Source: a virus (Duplodnaviria; Caudoviricetes). From it: a stretch of DNA of 60,251 bases. The DNA lies in IMG/VR virus record IMGVR_UViG_3300037963_001896, positions 1 through 60,251 of that record. One strand, 5' to 3'. The position numbers were made by a program, and so were the translations under genes. The notes under the pieces were generated by a model. The model was not told the origin of the DNA, did no database searches, and was given only the letters and a program-made list of their open reading frames with translations. Positions within the stretch are counted from its first letter, which is position 1. Every line of letters starts with the position of its first letter. Positions 26,354-36,618 of this stretch are shown here, piece after piece.

Positions 26354-26828
26354 TATCTTTACCGCCCCCATGAGACGCACCAAAGTAAAAAGATATAACA
26401 GCAGACGCTAAACCACCTAAATATCCCAAAACAAGGTTAATTAGAGCTTCGCTGTTTTGCTCTGGCGGTTGTAGGGTTACTAAAAATATATACCCAAGAA
26501 AACCGCCTAACGTAGCAATACCCATAATACGGGTAGTCCAATCTTTAGAAAATTTACTTCTAGCATCTTGTATATCTTTAGTTTCTAAAGCAAATACATC
26601 TACTTCTAACTCGGCCATTTGCAATTCAAAAGCTTGTTCAGCTTTTTTAAGTTCTAGCATTTGTTCAGGTGTTGCAGCTTGAACTGCTTTTTGAATAGCT
26701 TTTGGGTTGTCATCGCACCCTAAAACACTTGCAATTGTTTTTGCAGCCATACCGCCCATAGGACCACCTAGTGCAGTCCCTAATGTAGGAGCTACTGCCC
26801 CTACAAGATTTTTTAATAATGCTTTCAC
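26346..26828 (-). CDS. Holin-like membrane protein
   Basis: APTLGTALGGP, two C-terminal TMs, FYFGAS; adjacent to the lysozyme. Confidence 0.7.
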   Translation of the reverse strand: MKALLKNLVGAVAPTLGTALGGPMGGMAAKTIASVLGCDDNPKAIQKAVQAATPEQMLELKKAEQAFELQMAELEVDVFALETKDIQDARSKFSKDWTTRIMGIATLGGFLGYIFLVTLQPPEQNSEALINLVLGYLGGLASAVISFYFGASHGGGKDNE

Positions 26829-27085
26829 TCGTCCTCCACAACGATTTCAGGCGCTGGTTTAATTTTATCTTCCGCAATCATATCTCCAATATCTTGCGAC
26901 ATTTTCTCCTGCGCTGCCTGGCTCTTTTTAAGCTGATAAGATTGCTCTACTACCTCACCTTGTAGCTTAATTAGCATGTTAAACCCTTCGACCACTCTAG
27001 GAGTTAGGTCCTCGGTGTTATATTGTTTCCCCTCAAAATTCACTGTCTTAATTTGAGGTTGCTCGTTTTTTACTTCTTCAGTCAT
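26825..27085 (-). CDS. Hypothetical protein
   Basis: AAGGAG RBS; TATAAT upstream. Confidence 0.75.
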   Translation of the reverse strand: MTEEVKNEQPQIKTVNFEGKQYNTEDLTPRVVEGFNMLIKLQGEVVEQSYQLKKSQAAQEKMSQDIGDMIAEDKIKPAPEIVVEDE

Positions 27086-27128
27086 AAATTACTCCTTAAA
27101 ATATGTAGTTAACTGATTATACCTAATT

Positions 27129-27287
27129 TTAGCCCTTATACGTCATAGACTTAAGCTTTTCCGGCTTATCACCATCTTTCTTAGGTATAGTATACAAGGT
27201 CACAATGTGCTTACCTTTTATATCTTTCTCCCAAACAAGGTTTACATCCCCACTTGAGATAGATCCTATTACTTGATTCTCATCCAT
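27129..27287 (-). CDS. Hypothetical protein (52 aa; not in ORF track)
   Basis: AGGAGG RBS; MDENQVIGSISSGDVNLVWEKDIKGK... Confidence 0.65.
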   Translation of the reverse strand: MDENQVIGSISSGDVNLVWEKDIKGKHIVTLYTIPKKDGDKPEKLKSMTYKG

Positions 27288-27299
27288 TTTTACCTCCTA

Positions 27300-27497
27300 T
27301 TAAGAAAAAAATCTGTCAATCCCAGACGCTACTACAATAAGTACGTATAGGCCTAAAATGTATTTTGTAAACTTGGCATCCATCGCGTCAAACTTTGCAT
27401 CACCTTTATCTAAACGCTTTTCTATGTTCTCATAGCGTATAGCACACTCCCTTTCGTGTGCCGCTAGTTTCTCCATAGATTGCTTTGCCGTTGTCAT
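27300..27497 (-). CDS. Coiled-coil plus TM protein (XhlA-like)
   Basis: HERECAIRY...coiled coil...C-terminal TM. Confidence 0.7.
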   Translation of the reverse strand: MTTAKQSMEKLAAHERECAIRYENIEKRLDKGDAKFDAMDAKFTKYILGLYVLIVVASGIDRFFS

Positions 27498-27498
27498 A

Positions 27499-27834
27499 TT
27501 AATCTAGTAATTCTTTTTCTATTGGGTTAACCCGCGTTGGTTCTTTTGAAAACATAGGATTTCCAGGTATTGAAGCTAAACCATCTTTATTAGCTTGCAA
27601 TTGATCTTCTCCTAAAGTTTCTTTAACCCATGTTTCTATTTGGCTTTTAGTCAATTTATCAAACTCAATAAAAGACCCCGAAGGTTCTTTTAATTCAATA
27701 GGCATAAACGACCTATAAGATTCTCCGTCCTGTGTTCCAATTATATGAAGTGTCGCTTGCTTTACTATGTCTTTATTAGACCCTTCGTTATAAACTTTTA
27801 TCTCGCTAATTTCATATGTAAATTCCATTGCCAT
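27499..27834 (-). CDS. Tail fibre-associated hypothetical protein
   Basis: FIEFDKLTKSQIETWV pattern; follows a fibre gene. Confidence 0.7.
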   Translation of the reverse strand: MAMEFTYEISEIKVYNEGSNKDIVKQATLHIIGTQDGESYRSFMPIELKEPSGSFIEFDKLTKSQIETWVKETLGEDQLQANKDGLASIPGNPMFSKEPTRVNPIEKELLD

Positions 27835-27846
27835 TTTAGCCTCCCA

Positions 27847-29553
27847 TTACGCCATTAATACTGAAACAAAAACACCCCAAGAGCTGTTACTTGTTCCTGC
27901 GGTGTGACTAATGCTCAAAGCGCCACCACCTGACGTTACTTGTATTCTAAATGATTCGTTTCCATCTCCTTGAGTGTCGACTGTAAAATCTACTCCTGTA
28001 TTATTGTAGACAGTACCAGTGTCAGGTCTTAACATGGAAAACTGGAAACCAACTCCTGAGCCTCCGTTAGCCACAAACAATACCTGAGAGTGACCATCTG
28101 TGTGATATATATCAATAATACCCATCTTGTAGTAGATGCTAGTTATTGAGTTGAAGGTGTTCATGTTCGTGTAGACATTAGACGAAACAACATTCATAGC
28201 TGTACCGTCTGCCCACGGATTAGTGTCAAATCTTATGCCACCATTTACGTGCAATAAAGCAGTGCTTCCAGGCGATTGGGTTCCGATCCCGACCTGGCCC
28301 CCGCTTTTTATCCTCATTCTCTCATGCTGTGTGCCGTCTACTGCGGTTGCAAAAGACATATACGAATCTCTTGTATCGTCTGTTACGTACACATTTTCTT
28401 TTCCTACAGCGATGTAAGCTGCGTTAGCATATGACTCTGCAGTACCGTCATCACCTGCATTAAACTGAATTCTCTGTTCCAGACTCGCGCTTGCACTGAG
28501 ATGTTCGTAGTTTAAAGTTAATACATTACCTGTGCTTGAGCTTCTTAGTGTTACGTTTAGTGGTGCACTATGCAGGCTGTCAGCGTTACCGCCTACAAGA
28601 TTATTATTTATACTGACTTTGTTGTCATCGGTAAGTGTCAGTTGGTGTTTGCTCGCTTGGTCATTATAAAAACTTATATAACTGTCGTCGGCTTTTTCAA
28701 AGACTCTCCATTTATCTGTTCCATTTCGTGCAAAAGCTAATGCTGTATATTCACCAGAGTTATGAGTGCCATCAATTTTTATAGTTTTATTCGTTGTTCC
28801 TTTAACGTGAAGTTGACCATCAATGGTTGTGCCTGTTCCAATACCTACTTCTTTCGTATCAGCTAGGCGCATAACCTCGGTGTTGCCATTTACAGAAAAC
28901 CTCATGTCGTTTGCGCTATGGTCGTAGCCTATCAATGCGACCGCTCTCGCATCTGCATCTGACCACAAAATAAGCCCTTGGTTTGATGAGGGAGTTCTAA
29001 TATCTATCGCTACCGAATCAGAGTTTTCAATTATAAAAGCATCTGCTCCGTCAGCCGTATAACTTGAACCTGAGTCTCCTGCGTGGACATGGAGCTTACC
29101 TTCTGCTTGCACAATCCCGATACCTAAGCCTGTAGTATCAAGCGTCATCGTTTCGCTATTATTGATAAAGAACTCTAAATGACCATCTGATTGCTCAATC
29201 CTTTCGTGTGTGTCGCCCCACTGCAAAGACATACCTGCGTCTAAGTTAAGGTGCCCACTATTTATAGTCACAGTGTTTGTGAATGTTGGAGTTGATAATG
29301 GAGCTTTTGTAGCGATGCTGTTAGTTATAGTTGTAGAAAAGTTAGCATCGTCCCCGATCGCTGCGGCTAGTTCATTAAGGGTGTCCAACGCTCCAGGGGC
29401 GGAGTCGATCGTAGCGTCAATGGCTGTTTTTACAAAGGCAGTAGTAGCGATCCTTGTGGTGTTATTACCTGCGGATTGCGTAGTCGTAGTCGGATTACCA
29501 CCTAGATTGATGTCATCCGATATTACGTTACTGGTTACCTTAGTGTTTGCCAT
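27847..29553 (-). CDS. Tail fibre/spike protein
   Basis: TRIATTAFV, APGALDTLNELAAAIGDD, repeated VGIGT...LHV units. Confidence 0.85.
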   Translation of the reverse strand: MANTKVTSNVISDDINLGGNPTTTTQSAGNNTTRIATTAFVKTAIDATIDSAPGALDTLNELAAAIGDDANFSTTITNSIATKAPLSTPTFTNTVTINSGHLNLDAGMSLQWGDTHERIEQSDGHLEFFINNSETMTLDTTGLGIGIVQAEGKLHVHAGDSGSSYTADGADAFIIENSDSVAIDIRTPSSNQGLILWSDADARAVALIGYDHSANDMRFSVNGNTEVMRLADTKEVGIGTGTTIDGQLHVKGTTNKTIKIDGTHNSGEYTALAFARNGTDKWRVFEKADDSYISFYNDQASKHQLTLTDDNKVSINNNLVGGNADSLHSAPLNVTLRSSSTGNVLTLNYEHLSASASLEQRIQFNAGDDGTAESYANAAYIAVGKENVYVTDDTRDSYMSFATAVDGTQHERMRIKSGGQVGIGTQSPGSTALLHVNGGIRFDTNPWADGTAMNVVSSNVYTNMNTFNSITSIYYKMGIIDIYHTDGHSQVLFVANGGSGVGFQFSMLRPDTGTVYNNTGVDFTVDTQGDGNESFRIQVTSGGGALSISHTAGTSNSSWGVFVSVLMA

Positions 29554-31541
29554 TATCCTTCTAGAGCCTCAATTCTTGATTTTAAATCATCTATTATTGT
29601 CTGTTGTTCTTTCATTGCCTCTACAAGTATCGGAATAATTCCTGATGTTTGTACTGATTTGGCGTACTCTGCATCCCCTTCGTAATTGATTATGTCATGT
29701 ATAGGGTTATCGTCTGAATCTATCTTACATAATCCCGAATCGTTATAGACTAAATCTGATGCTACTGGCTCAACTTCTTGAGCTATGAATCCATATTTTG
29801 TTCCTGAGGGCTGTTTTGATTCTGCCTTCCAAGTAAAAGTACGACCCTTCAATGCTTTAACTTTATCTAAAGCGTTAGGTATTGTGACTATGTTTTCTTT
29901 TAGTCTTTGGTCTGATATATCATTTGATGATGAACCCGTAAAATTGCCTGAAGAATCTATAGTTAATCTGTGTGCACCATTTCCATAATCATAAGCTGCA
30001 TACATAGTTCCATTACCAACTCCAATACTGAAATGTGTTGAACCTGCTTGCGAACCCAGTAGATTTAACACACCATAATTAGATGATGTTGGACTATTTC
30101 CACCATTACCAACAGTTAAATGCGTAGAGGTATTAGAACCCCAAGCCGACCAGCCTGTGGTCGTGTTGTTAAGAGCCATATTTTGGTCTGTGCCAAACCT
30201 TAAAATTTCATCTCCTGGACTAGATGCAGTAGGAGTTGTCCCGTTAGCCATGTAGAGAGTTAAAGGATAGCCACCATCGTTATGTCTGATGCCTAACCTC
30301 CACCCCATGTTTCCTTGTTGCCATGCAAGGAAATTAGAAGCATTCGTTAGCCCTTTGTATAATTGCAAACCATCTATTGCTTCACCTGCGGTGTTACCCA
30401 CTTCAGATATCGTAAGCAGTCCTTTACCTACATTTTGATTTCTGCCTATGGCTACATTACCTGTGTGGTCTATAACAAACGGCGTGGTATGTGTTCCTGA
30501 CGCCATTGGGTCGCCGTCTGCAGCGTTACTTAGTCCAATAGAAAAATGTCCGAATCCTGAACCTCCGTTCCCTATCGCCCAGTTTCTTCTTTCTGAATTA
30601 GAGGAAGTGTCGGTTAGGTAAATTTTTGACATTCCATCGTAGGTAGTTGTGTCTCCCTTAATGTCTAGTTTAGCTGCGGGCGATGTTTGATTGATACCGA
30701 CTAAGCCAGACTTGAGAGTAAGGGTGGCCTTCTGTGATCCTGCTTGGTAGGTATAAAGATCAAACGATGAATCCTCTGAACCATTACTGACATCAGTCAT
30801 CTTCCCTATGGCTAGGAATGCCTCTGTTACGTTACCCGCATCATCATCACCTAGGAAATAAATACGGCCTACTTCATCTCCATCTGCGGGAGAGCTTGAG
30901 TCTTTTTGTAGTATTAGTTGTGGAGCTTGTGCATCGGCATTCGTGTTCTTAATTCTAAACTGCGGGTCAGTTGAGTTAGCGGATTGGACAATGAAGTTGC
31001 TAGCGTTAAAAGTTGCGTCCCCTGTTACACCATCTATTCCAAACTTTAATCCGCTATCTTGATATAACTCAAAGATATTAGAACCTGAACTCACATCTGC
31101 AAGTCCTAGATAGTCCCCTGTATCAGCTGAACCTCCGAAGTGTATCTTGCCCGCCGTTCCTGAAAATTCAAAGTTCGTTGCTGTGACTATCCCAGTACTC
31201 GTAATAGCACCGCTAGCAATAGTTCCTGCATTCGTAATGTTCTGCGTACCCATGTTCAACGCACCAGTCATCGTGCCACCAGATAAAGGTAGCTTGGTGG
31301 CTATCGCATTATTAACAGTAGTAGTAAACGACGGATCATCGTTAAGAGCAGCTGCGATCTCATCAAGAGTATCGAGTGTGCCTGGAGCAGAGTTTATGAG
31401 ATTATTAATCGCGGTCGTAACAAAAGCCGTGGTCGCAATACGTGTGGTATTGTTCCCTGCGCCTTGAGTCGTAGTAGTTGGGTTACCCGCTAAGGCTACG
31501 TCATCTACTATTAACTCACTTTGTACTTTTGTTGTTGCCAT
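29553..31541 (-). CDS. Tail fibre/spike with C-terminal S74 intramolecular chaperone
   Basis: N-terminus paralogous to the 27847 gene; SDQRLKENI...YGFIAQEV...LVEAMKE. Confidence 0.88.
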   Translation of the reverse strand: MATTKVQSELIVDDVALAGNPTTTTQGAGNNTTRIATTAFVTTAINNLINSAPGTLDTLDEIAAALNDDPSFTTTVNNAIATKLPLSGGTMTGALNMGTQNITNAGTIASGAITSTGIVTATNFEFSGTAGKIHFGGSADTGDYLGLADVSSGSNIFELYQDSGLKFGIDGVTGDATFNASNFIVQSANSTDPQFRIKNTNADAQAPQLILQKDSSSPADGDEVGRIYFLGDDDAGNVTEAFLAIGKMTDVSNGSEDSSFDLYTYQAGSQKATLTLKSGLVGINQTSPAAKLDIKGDTTTYDGMSKIYLTDTSSNSERRNWAIGNGGSGFGHFSIGLSNAADGDPMASGTHTTPFVIDHTGNVAIGRNQNVGKGLLTISEVGNTAGEAIDGLQLYKGLTNASNFLAWQQGNMGWRLGIRHNDGGYPLTLYMANGTTPTASSPGDEILRFGTDQNMALNNTTTGWSAWGSNTSTHLTVGNGGNSPTSSNYGVLNLLGSQAGSTHFSIGVGNGTMYAAYDYGNGAHRLTIDSSGNFTGSSSNDISDQRLKENIVTIPNALDKVKALKGRTFTWKAESKQPSGTKYGFIAQEVEPVASDLVYNDSGLCKIDSDDNPIHDIINYEGDAEYAKSVQTSGIIPILVEAMKEQQTIIDDLKSRIEALEG

Positions 31542-31544
31542 AAT

Positions 31545-31784
31545 CTAACTCTTAGGTTTATCCTCTTTTACAGCTTTTAATGCTTTATAAAATTCGCCGT
31601 CTTTGTCTAGTTTACCATTATCTATATCGTGCCATAACTTATCTAATTGTTCGCCCACAGAAGGGTATGAGGCTTTTCTTTGGACTCCATACGGCATCTG
31701 CGGATCAATTCCTCCATTGTCCACTATGGCTTTTTGTATTGCCTCTTGCTCCTTCTTTTGTTTAGCTGTTAAATCGTCTGCCAT
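31545..31784 (-). CDS. Tail fibre-associated small protein
   Basis: RKASYPSVGEQLDKLWHD...KAVK..PK. Confidence 0.75.
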   Translation of the reverse strand: MADDLTAKQKKEQEAIQKAIVDNGGIDPQMPYGVQRKASYPSVGEQLDKLWHDIDNGKLDKDGEFYKALKAVKEDKPKS

Positions 31785-31785
31785 A

Positions 31786-34446
31786 TTAATAATCCGATGC
31801 GTTTGTTTTAGTTACTGTATAAGTTAGTGTACTGACTGTGTCTCCTACTGCTTCTGACTTTAAACTAGCAAATACAAAATCAGTTCCTCTTAGTGGCGTA
31901 ACTGATATATAAATACCAGAGTATACGCTACCTCCCGAAGACCCTCCTGTATTTTGGAAGTCTAACCAGCCACCTCCCGTTCCTGCGTTTGGAGCCGTAA
32001 ATCGTACAGCATAACTGTAACTACCCGCTGTTCCCTCGCTTACAGTTTTTACTGAAAGGCTGTTAGTGTAATTAGTATCAACTTTTATAGTATGCGCTGA
32101 AGGACCATACCAACCACCAGAAGTCCATATAGTAATCATGTAAGACGCTCTGTGATTTATCCAAAGCAACCTATTCCAACTAGCTGTACTCCCATCGGAC
32201 TTTGTACCATACATAGCCGAAGGGTGGGTGTAGGTTCCAAAAGTATAGGCTGTGCCAGTAGAGTTGTATTGGTGTCCTATTTTCCCGTAGTTAAGTGTAG
32301 TATGGCCTGAATTATTAGAGGTGTAGTTACCTATGTTAGAAGAAGATTGACCTAGAACCGCTTGCCCATGAAACGTACTGGTCTGATCTGGATTCATGTA
32401 CAAAGCTGGAGTATTGTTTAATTCTGCGAAGGTAGCATTAGCGTTTGTTGCGTGCGGATTTACATAGAATCTCAAACCACCATCGTAGTTCCCTGCGGGT
32501 GAATCTCTATAACCTGAAATTTTTCCTGTGTATGTGTCGTTATCTCCGTCAAAAAACGCTATAGATGCTTGTCTAGCTCCATCAGAGGTTGAGCCACCAT
32601 TCCTCATTATAGTAAGCATTTCTTGATCGTTAGCGCCAGTTACAGTTTTATGTATCGTAAGACTTTGATACATTTCAACAGCACCCGCAGAGGTGATAAG
32701 CATTCTTTCTGTATTCGTACCGCCACTAGGTCTTGTTAAAAATGCTAAATCACCATAAGTAGCACCCTTATATTTAGCCCTTAACCCTGCTATCGGGTTT
32801 TGACCATTTGCTCCAAGCGAAATCCTACCCCCTGTATCGGTAGTAGTTCCTGATTGTGATACAACTAAGTGACCCCAATTCAAATCATTGACACCACCGC
32901 CTTCTATATAAGCAACTGTTCCATAGGGTGAACCACTACTCCAACCTGTATCTTCCACGTGAAGTTTAGAAAAAGGATCCGTGTCTCCAATCCCGACGTT
33001 TTTGCTTGTATCAATAGTTAGTGCAGTAGCATCATTTTGAATAAGCCTAAGCTCATTATTAGATGTTGTGCCTATGTACACATGTGAGTTGTTAGTTTGA
33101 TACGCTGCTACTACTGACGAGCCTCTTGTGCTTCTCCATATATTTCCTGCTGAAGGGGTCATTTCTAAAAGGTAGTCATTTGCTACTGTTGCACCACCTA
33201 ATGCCACACTACCTGAGTACGTACCAGTTCCTGTAACAGATATACCACCTGATGTTGTTTCTATTTTTTTACTGCCTGCGTGATAAAGTTCTACAGCACC
33301 ACCAGCAATAAATTTAGAAAGCCACCCGCTGTTCGCTGTGTCATACATATTGACTTGCGAATCTGTATTGATTGACAAATTACCTGTGCCTGCATCTTTT
33401 ATGTACGAATGACCTGCTGAAGCATCGTGGTAAATTTGTAAGTCATCTCCTGTACCTAACTTAATAATTGCATCATCAGGCATATCCAGATGGCTGGAGA
33501 TATGAACCTCTCCAACTACATCTAAAGCCCCAGAAGCAGGGGACGCGGTACCTATACCAACACGAGAGTTAGAGTTATCTACAACAAACGTAGGAGAATC
33601 GAAGGCTACGTCATACGATCCCACGGTTAGGGATCCAGGTAATGTAATGTTGCCTGAAAGTTTTGCACTGGTTACGGTGTTATCGCTTGGTGTGCCTATG
33701 TTTACAGGGTTTATGGTATATACAGTTACACTACGTCCTACAACTACGCCCGTGTCGAACGTAAGAGTATTTGAACTTAGCGTAAATGACGCTTGATTTT
33801 GGAAAACACCATCTATAAAAGCTAGTACATTTGATTCGCCTCCAGGTGCGTCAGAAAGCGTAAACGCTGTCTGGCCACTTGTAGCTGTAAATGTATCAAC
33901 AGTAAGGTTAGAACTTTGAAGGTTTATTAAGTTATCTACTACTACCTCGATTTTAGTGCCATTCGTTGGAGCTGCGTCAAACGTCAGGGTGGATCCACTA
34001 AAACTAAACGTATCGTGGTGTTGGTATACACCATCTAGAAAAACACTAGCGTTTGCTTCTACACCAGGGTCTACACCGATGTTGTAATCGGTTGCATTAG
34101 ACGCTGCAGTTGCAGAGTAAACGGTTTGGTTAGCAGACTTAGCTGCTATATTTTCTTGTATTTCAGTTAGTACGGCGGCAATAACACGCAGTTCAGCTGA
34201 ATCTCCAGTACTGAACGCACGAGCTGACGTATTGTCCTGTGCTCGAACAATAGTCAAAGCGTTACCACTTCTTGCCGTAACCTTTGCTATCTCATTGTTG
34301 CTTCCATCATCAAAGGTGATGTAGAAATATTCTCCCGCTCCAAGAGAGGGAAAGACTGACCCATCAGTAACAGTTGCACTTGTCGCTGAGTTGGTTAGCC
34401 CACTAGCAAGGGTTGTTTTGGCATTGTTAGTATATTTAACAGCCAC
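31786..34446 (-). CDS. Tail fibre / long virion protein
   Basis: NNAKTTLASG...IVRAQDNT head, two VF.DGV.Q Ig-like repeats, VGIG repeats. Confidence 0.85.
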   Translation of the reverse strand: MAVKYTNNAKTTLASGLTNSATSATVTDGSVFPSLGAGEYFYITFDDGSNNEIAKVTARSGNALTIVRAQDNTSARAFSTGDSAELRVIAAVLTEIQENIAAKSANQTVYSATAASNATDYNIGVDPGVEANASVFLDGVYQHHDTFSFSGSTLTFDAAPTNGTKIEVVVDNLINLQSSNLTVDTFTATSGQTAFTLSDAPGGESNVLAFIDGVFQNQASFTLSSNTLTFDTGVVVGRSVTVYTINPVNIGTPSDNTVTSAKLSGNITLPGSLTVGSYDVAFDSPTFVVDNSNSRVGIGTASPASGALDVVGEVHISSHLDMPDDAIIKLGTGDDLQIYHDASAGHSYIKDAGTGNLSINTDSQVNMYDTANSGWLSKFIAGGAVELYHAGSKKIETTSGGISVTGTGTYSGSVALGGATVANDYLLEMTPSAGNIWRSTRGSSVVAAYQTNNSHVYIGTTSNNELRLIQNDATALTIDTSKNVGIGDTDPFSKLHVEDTGWSSGSPYGTVAYIEGGGVNDLNWGHLVVSQSGTTTDTGGRISLGANGQNPIAGLRAKYKGATYGDLAFLTRPSGGTNTERMLITSAGAVEMYQSLTIHKTVTGANDQEMLTIMRNGGSTSDGARQASIAFFDGDNDTYTGKISGYRDSPAGNYDGGLRFYVNPHATNANATFAELNNTPALYMNPDQTSTFHGQAVLGQSSSNIGNYTSNNSGHTTLNYGKIGHQYNSTGTAYTFGTYTHPSAMYGTKSDGSTASWNRLLWINHRASYMITIWTSGGWYGPSAHTIKVDTNYTNSLSVKTVSEGTAGSYSYAVRFTAPNAGTGGGWLDFQNTGGSSGGSVYSGIYISVTPLRGTDFVFASLKSEAVGDTVSTLTYTVTKTNASDY

Positions 34447-34467
34447 TGACTAACTCCTTACTTATTT

Positions 34468-34899
34468 CTAACTAACAGTTACAGTCCACGTAATAGTCAT
34501 TGAGTCTGAACTTCCTTTGTTTACTACATTGAATTCAGTTCTACACAATAAAGTACCACTAGAAGATGCATTAAGAATACCTGCTTCGGTTACTGCTCCA
34601 GTACCTGTACCAGCTGCAAAAGTAGCTACGTAAGTAACAACAGCACCAGAAACAGAAGTACTAGTAAGAGATACTCTTCCTAATTCAGTTTCTAACGCAG
34701 TATCATTAGCTGCGGGGTTAGTAGTACCAGAACCAATAGCCATGTGTGACATAGCAGTAGCTGATGCGTCTTTCATTCTAGACGCTACATAGCCTTTACC
34801 TGCTGTAACCACAAGGTTATCAACATCTTGGACAACTTCATCATTAAGGGTTATAGTTAGCCTACCCTTAAGTTTCAGATCATCATTTACATTCGACAT
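34468..34899 (-). CDS. Virion structural protein (tail fibre collar-like)
   Basis: NLVVTAG, MAIGSGT...DTALETE, TEAGI. Confidence 0.75.
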   Translation of the reverse strand: MSNVNDDLKLKGRLTITLNDEVVQDVDNLVVTAGKGYVASRMKDASATAMSHMAIGSGTTNPAANDTALETELGRVSLTSTSVSGAVVTYVATFAAGTGTGAVTEAGILNASSSGTLLCRTEFNVVNKGSSDSMTITWTVTVS

Positions 34900-34911
34900 A
34901 ATTTACTCCGT

Positions 34912-36618
34912 TTAATTTAAAACACTAGTATTTAAAGCCGCTGTGTTCAAGATACCTGATCCACCAGGTATAAATAGAACACTAATCGACTCACTCATTG
35001 TAGCACTATCTGATAAACTTTTGGTAAAGCTATCAGCTAATACTTCGCTTACACCAACAGTGTCCGATTTTCCTAATGCTATCAAACTAGAAAGCTGGTC
35101 TGATATGGACGTAGTGTCTTGTTGCAAATCAGCAGCAAAAAGGTTGTTAAGCTCTTGCATAACTATCTGATCTGAAAAGACCTTCTGTCCTGCAACAGAA
35201 AGGGTTTCGGTCACAGTCAATGAATCTGTAGGGGCTAACGAAATGCTAAAGGTCTGCGAATCTGCAGTACTTAAGCTATCGGCCCTTGGTATAGATGTCC
35301 CTAAAGATGCCGTTTCTTGCATCGTATAGGAATCAGTCAACCCAGGCATAGTAAAACTAAACGCTGGAGCATCTGAGACTGACACAATATTACTTTTATT
35401 TAATCCTGATTCAGTAGCTAACTCATCGGTAGCACTAGCTAAATCGTCTAATGTGTATGCATCTGCAAAAGTTCGCACATACACTACTGTTCTAGCTAAA
35501 GACTCTGTTATAGACATAGCTGCAATAGCACCAGAACCTGCAGTGATCCCGGCTTGGCCCCCCATACCCGAGTGAATACTACAGTAGTAATGCAGCGTGC
35601 TAGGTGTAGATCCTGTTACTTGTATTTCAGTGTACGCACCTGAATTACCTGGAGTGCCGCTTGTAGTGACGTTTGTTGTATATTCACTACCACTGTTATG
35701 AGTACCATTAGAAGTAGTAGAAAACCTAAACGGATGACCAGAATTAGAAGAATCAGATTGGTCAAACGTATAAGTAATACCTGTTTCTAGAGCTAAAGTA
35801 GGGCTTACAGTCCCGTCTATGTAGTATTTATTACCAGAACCAAAACTATTAGACCCAGATGCAACCGTTACCGTAAAAGTTTTGCTTGTTACAGTACCTT
35901 CTGCGAGTGCTTTACCTACAGCTTTTACATCGCTTTCAGATAGGTTTAAGGTCTCCGTTTTAGGTAATGAAGTTAAAAGAGCTGCAGATTCCGTAGGTGT
36001 AATAGAATCTGACTTGTTTAAACTTGTATCAATAGAGGTAATAGCTTCTGATAAAGTAGGAGTATCCGCTTTAACTAAACTAGCTAACAAAACAGCAGAC
36101 TCAGAAATAGTAGTAGAATCAGTCTTAGCGAGGTTTACAGCTAAAGCTGTTTGTTCCGATATAGTAGGCGTATCAGCTAAAACTTTCGTTACATCTAAGG
36201 TCTGACCGTCTGTGAACGCGTATGAATCTGTAAAACTACGCACATAAGACACAACACGGCTAAAATTGTCGCTCAATGTAGGTGTATCAGAAACCCCTTT
36301 ATTTAAGTGTTTCGCTATAAGTTCTTCTATTGTGGGGGTGTCAGATAGAGCTTTGCTAAAATCTATAGCAGAAACATCGGCTGACATAGTAACTGATAGC
36401 GCATTTGGACTATCGAATTGAGCGGTAAAGTAAAGGTTTTTAGTGTCTGGATCTACATATACGTCTGAAAAAGACATAAGTGTGTACGCGGACACAGCTT
36501 CGGCGTGTGTGTATGTAACGGAAGACTGAGCATAAATAAAAGTCGTAGTAGGTTCGGTAGCATCTGTTTCTACTACTAACGATAACTTATTAAAGTCTAC
36601 TGTTAATTTAAATGCCAT
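34912..36618 (-). CDS. S/T-rich repetitive virion protein with an inserted cupredoxin-like domain
   Basis: Periodic D-x-x-T-x-S-E/D repeats; HPFRF...YYCSIHSGMGG. Confidence 0.7.
   Translation of the reverse strand: MAFKLTVDFNKLSLVVETDATEPTTTFIYAQSSVTYTHAEAVSAYTLMSFSDVYVDPDTKNLYFTAQFDSPNALSVTMSADVSAIDFSKALSDTPTIEELIAKHLNKGVSDTPTLSDNFSRVVSYVRSFTDSYAFTDGQTLDVTKVLADTPTISEQTALAVNLAKTDSTTISESAVLLASLVKADTPTLSEAITSIDTSLNKSDSITPTESAALLTSLPKTETLNLSESDVKAVGKALAEGTVTSKTFTVTVASGSNSFGSGNKYYIDGTVSPTLALETGITYTFDQSDSSNSGHPFRFSTTSNGTHNSGSEYTTNVTTSGTPGNSGAYTEIQVTGSTPSTLHYYCSIHSGMGGQAGITAGSGAIAAMSITESLARTVVYVRTFADAYTLDDLASATDELATESGLNKSNIVSVSDAPAFSFTMPGLTDSYTMQETASLGTSIPRADSLSTADSQTFSISLAPTDSLTVTETLSVAGQKVFSDQIVMQELNNLFAADLQQDTTSISDQLSSLIALGKSDTVGVSEVLADSFTKSLSDSATMSESISVLFIPGGSGILNTAALNTSVLN

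Noticed and set aside
27847-31541. Diversity-generating retroelement or invertible tail switch
   Set aside because: No reverse transcriptase or invertase; the paralogy is N-terminal and diverged at DNA level
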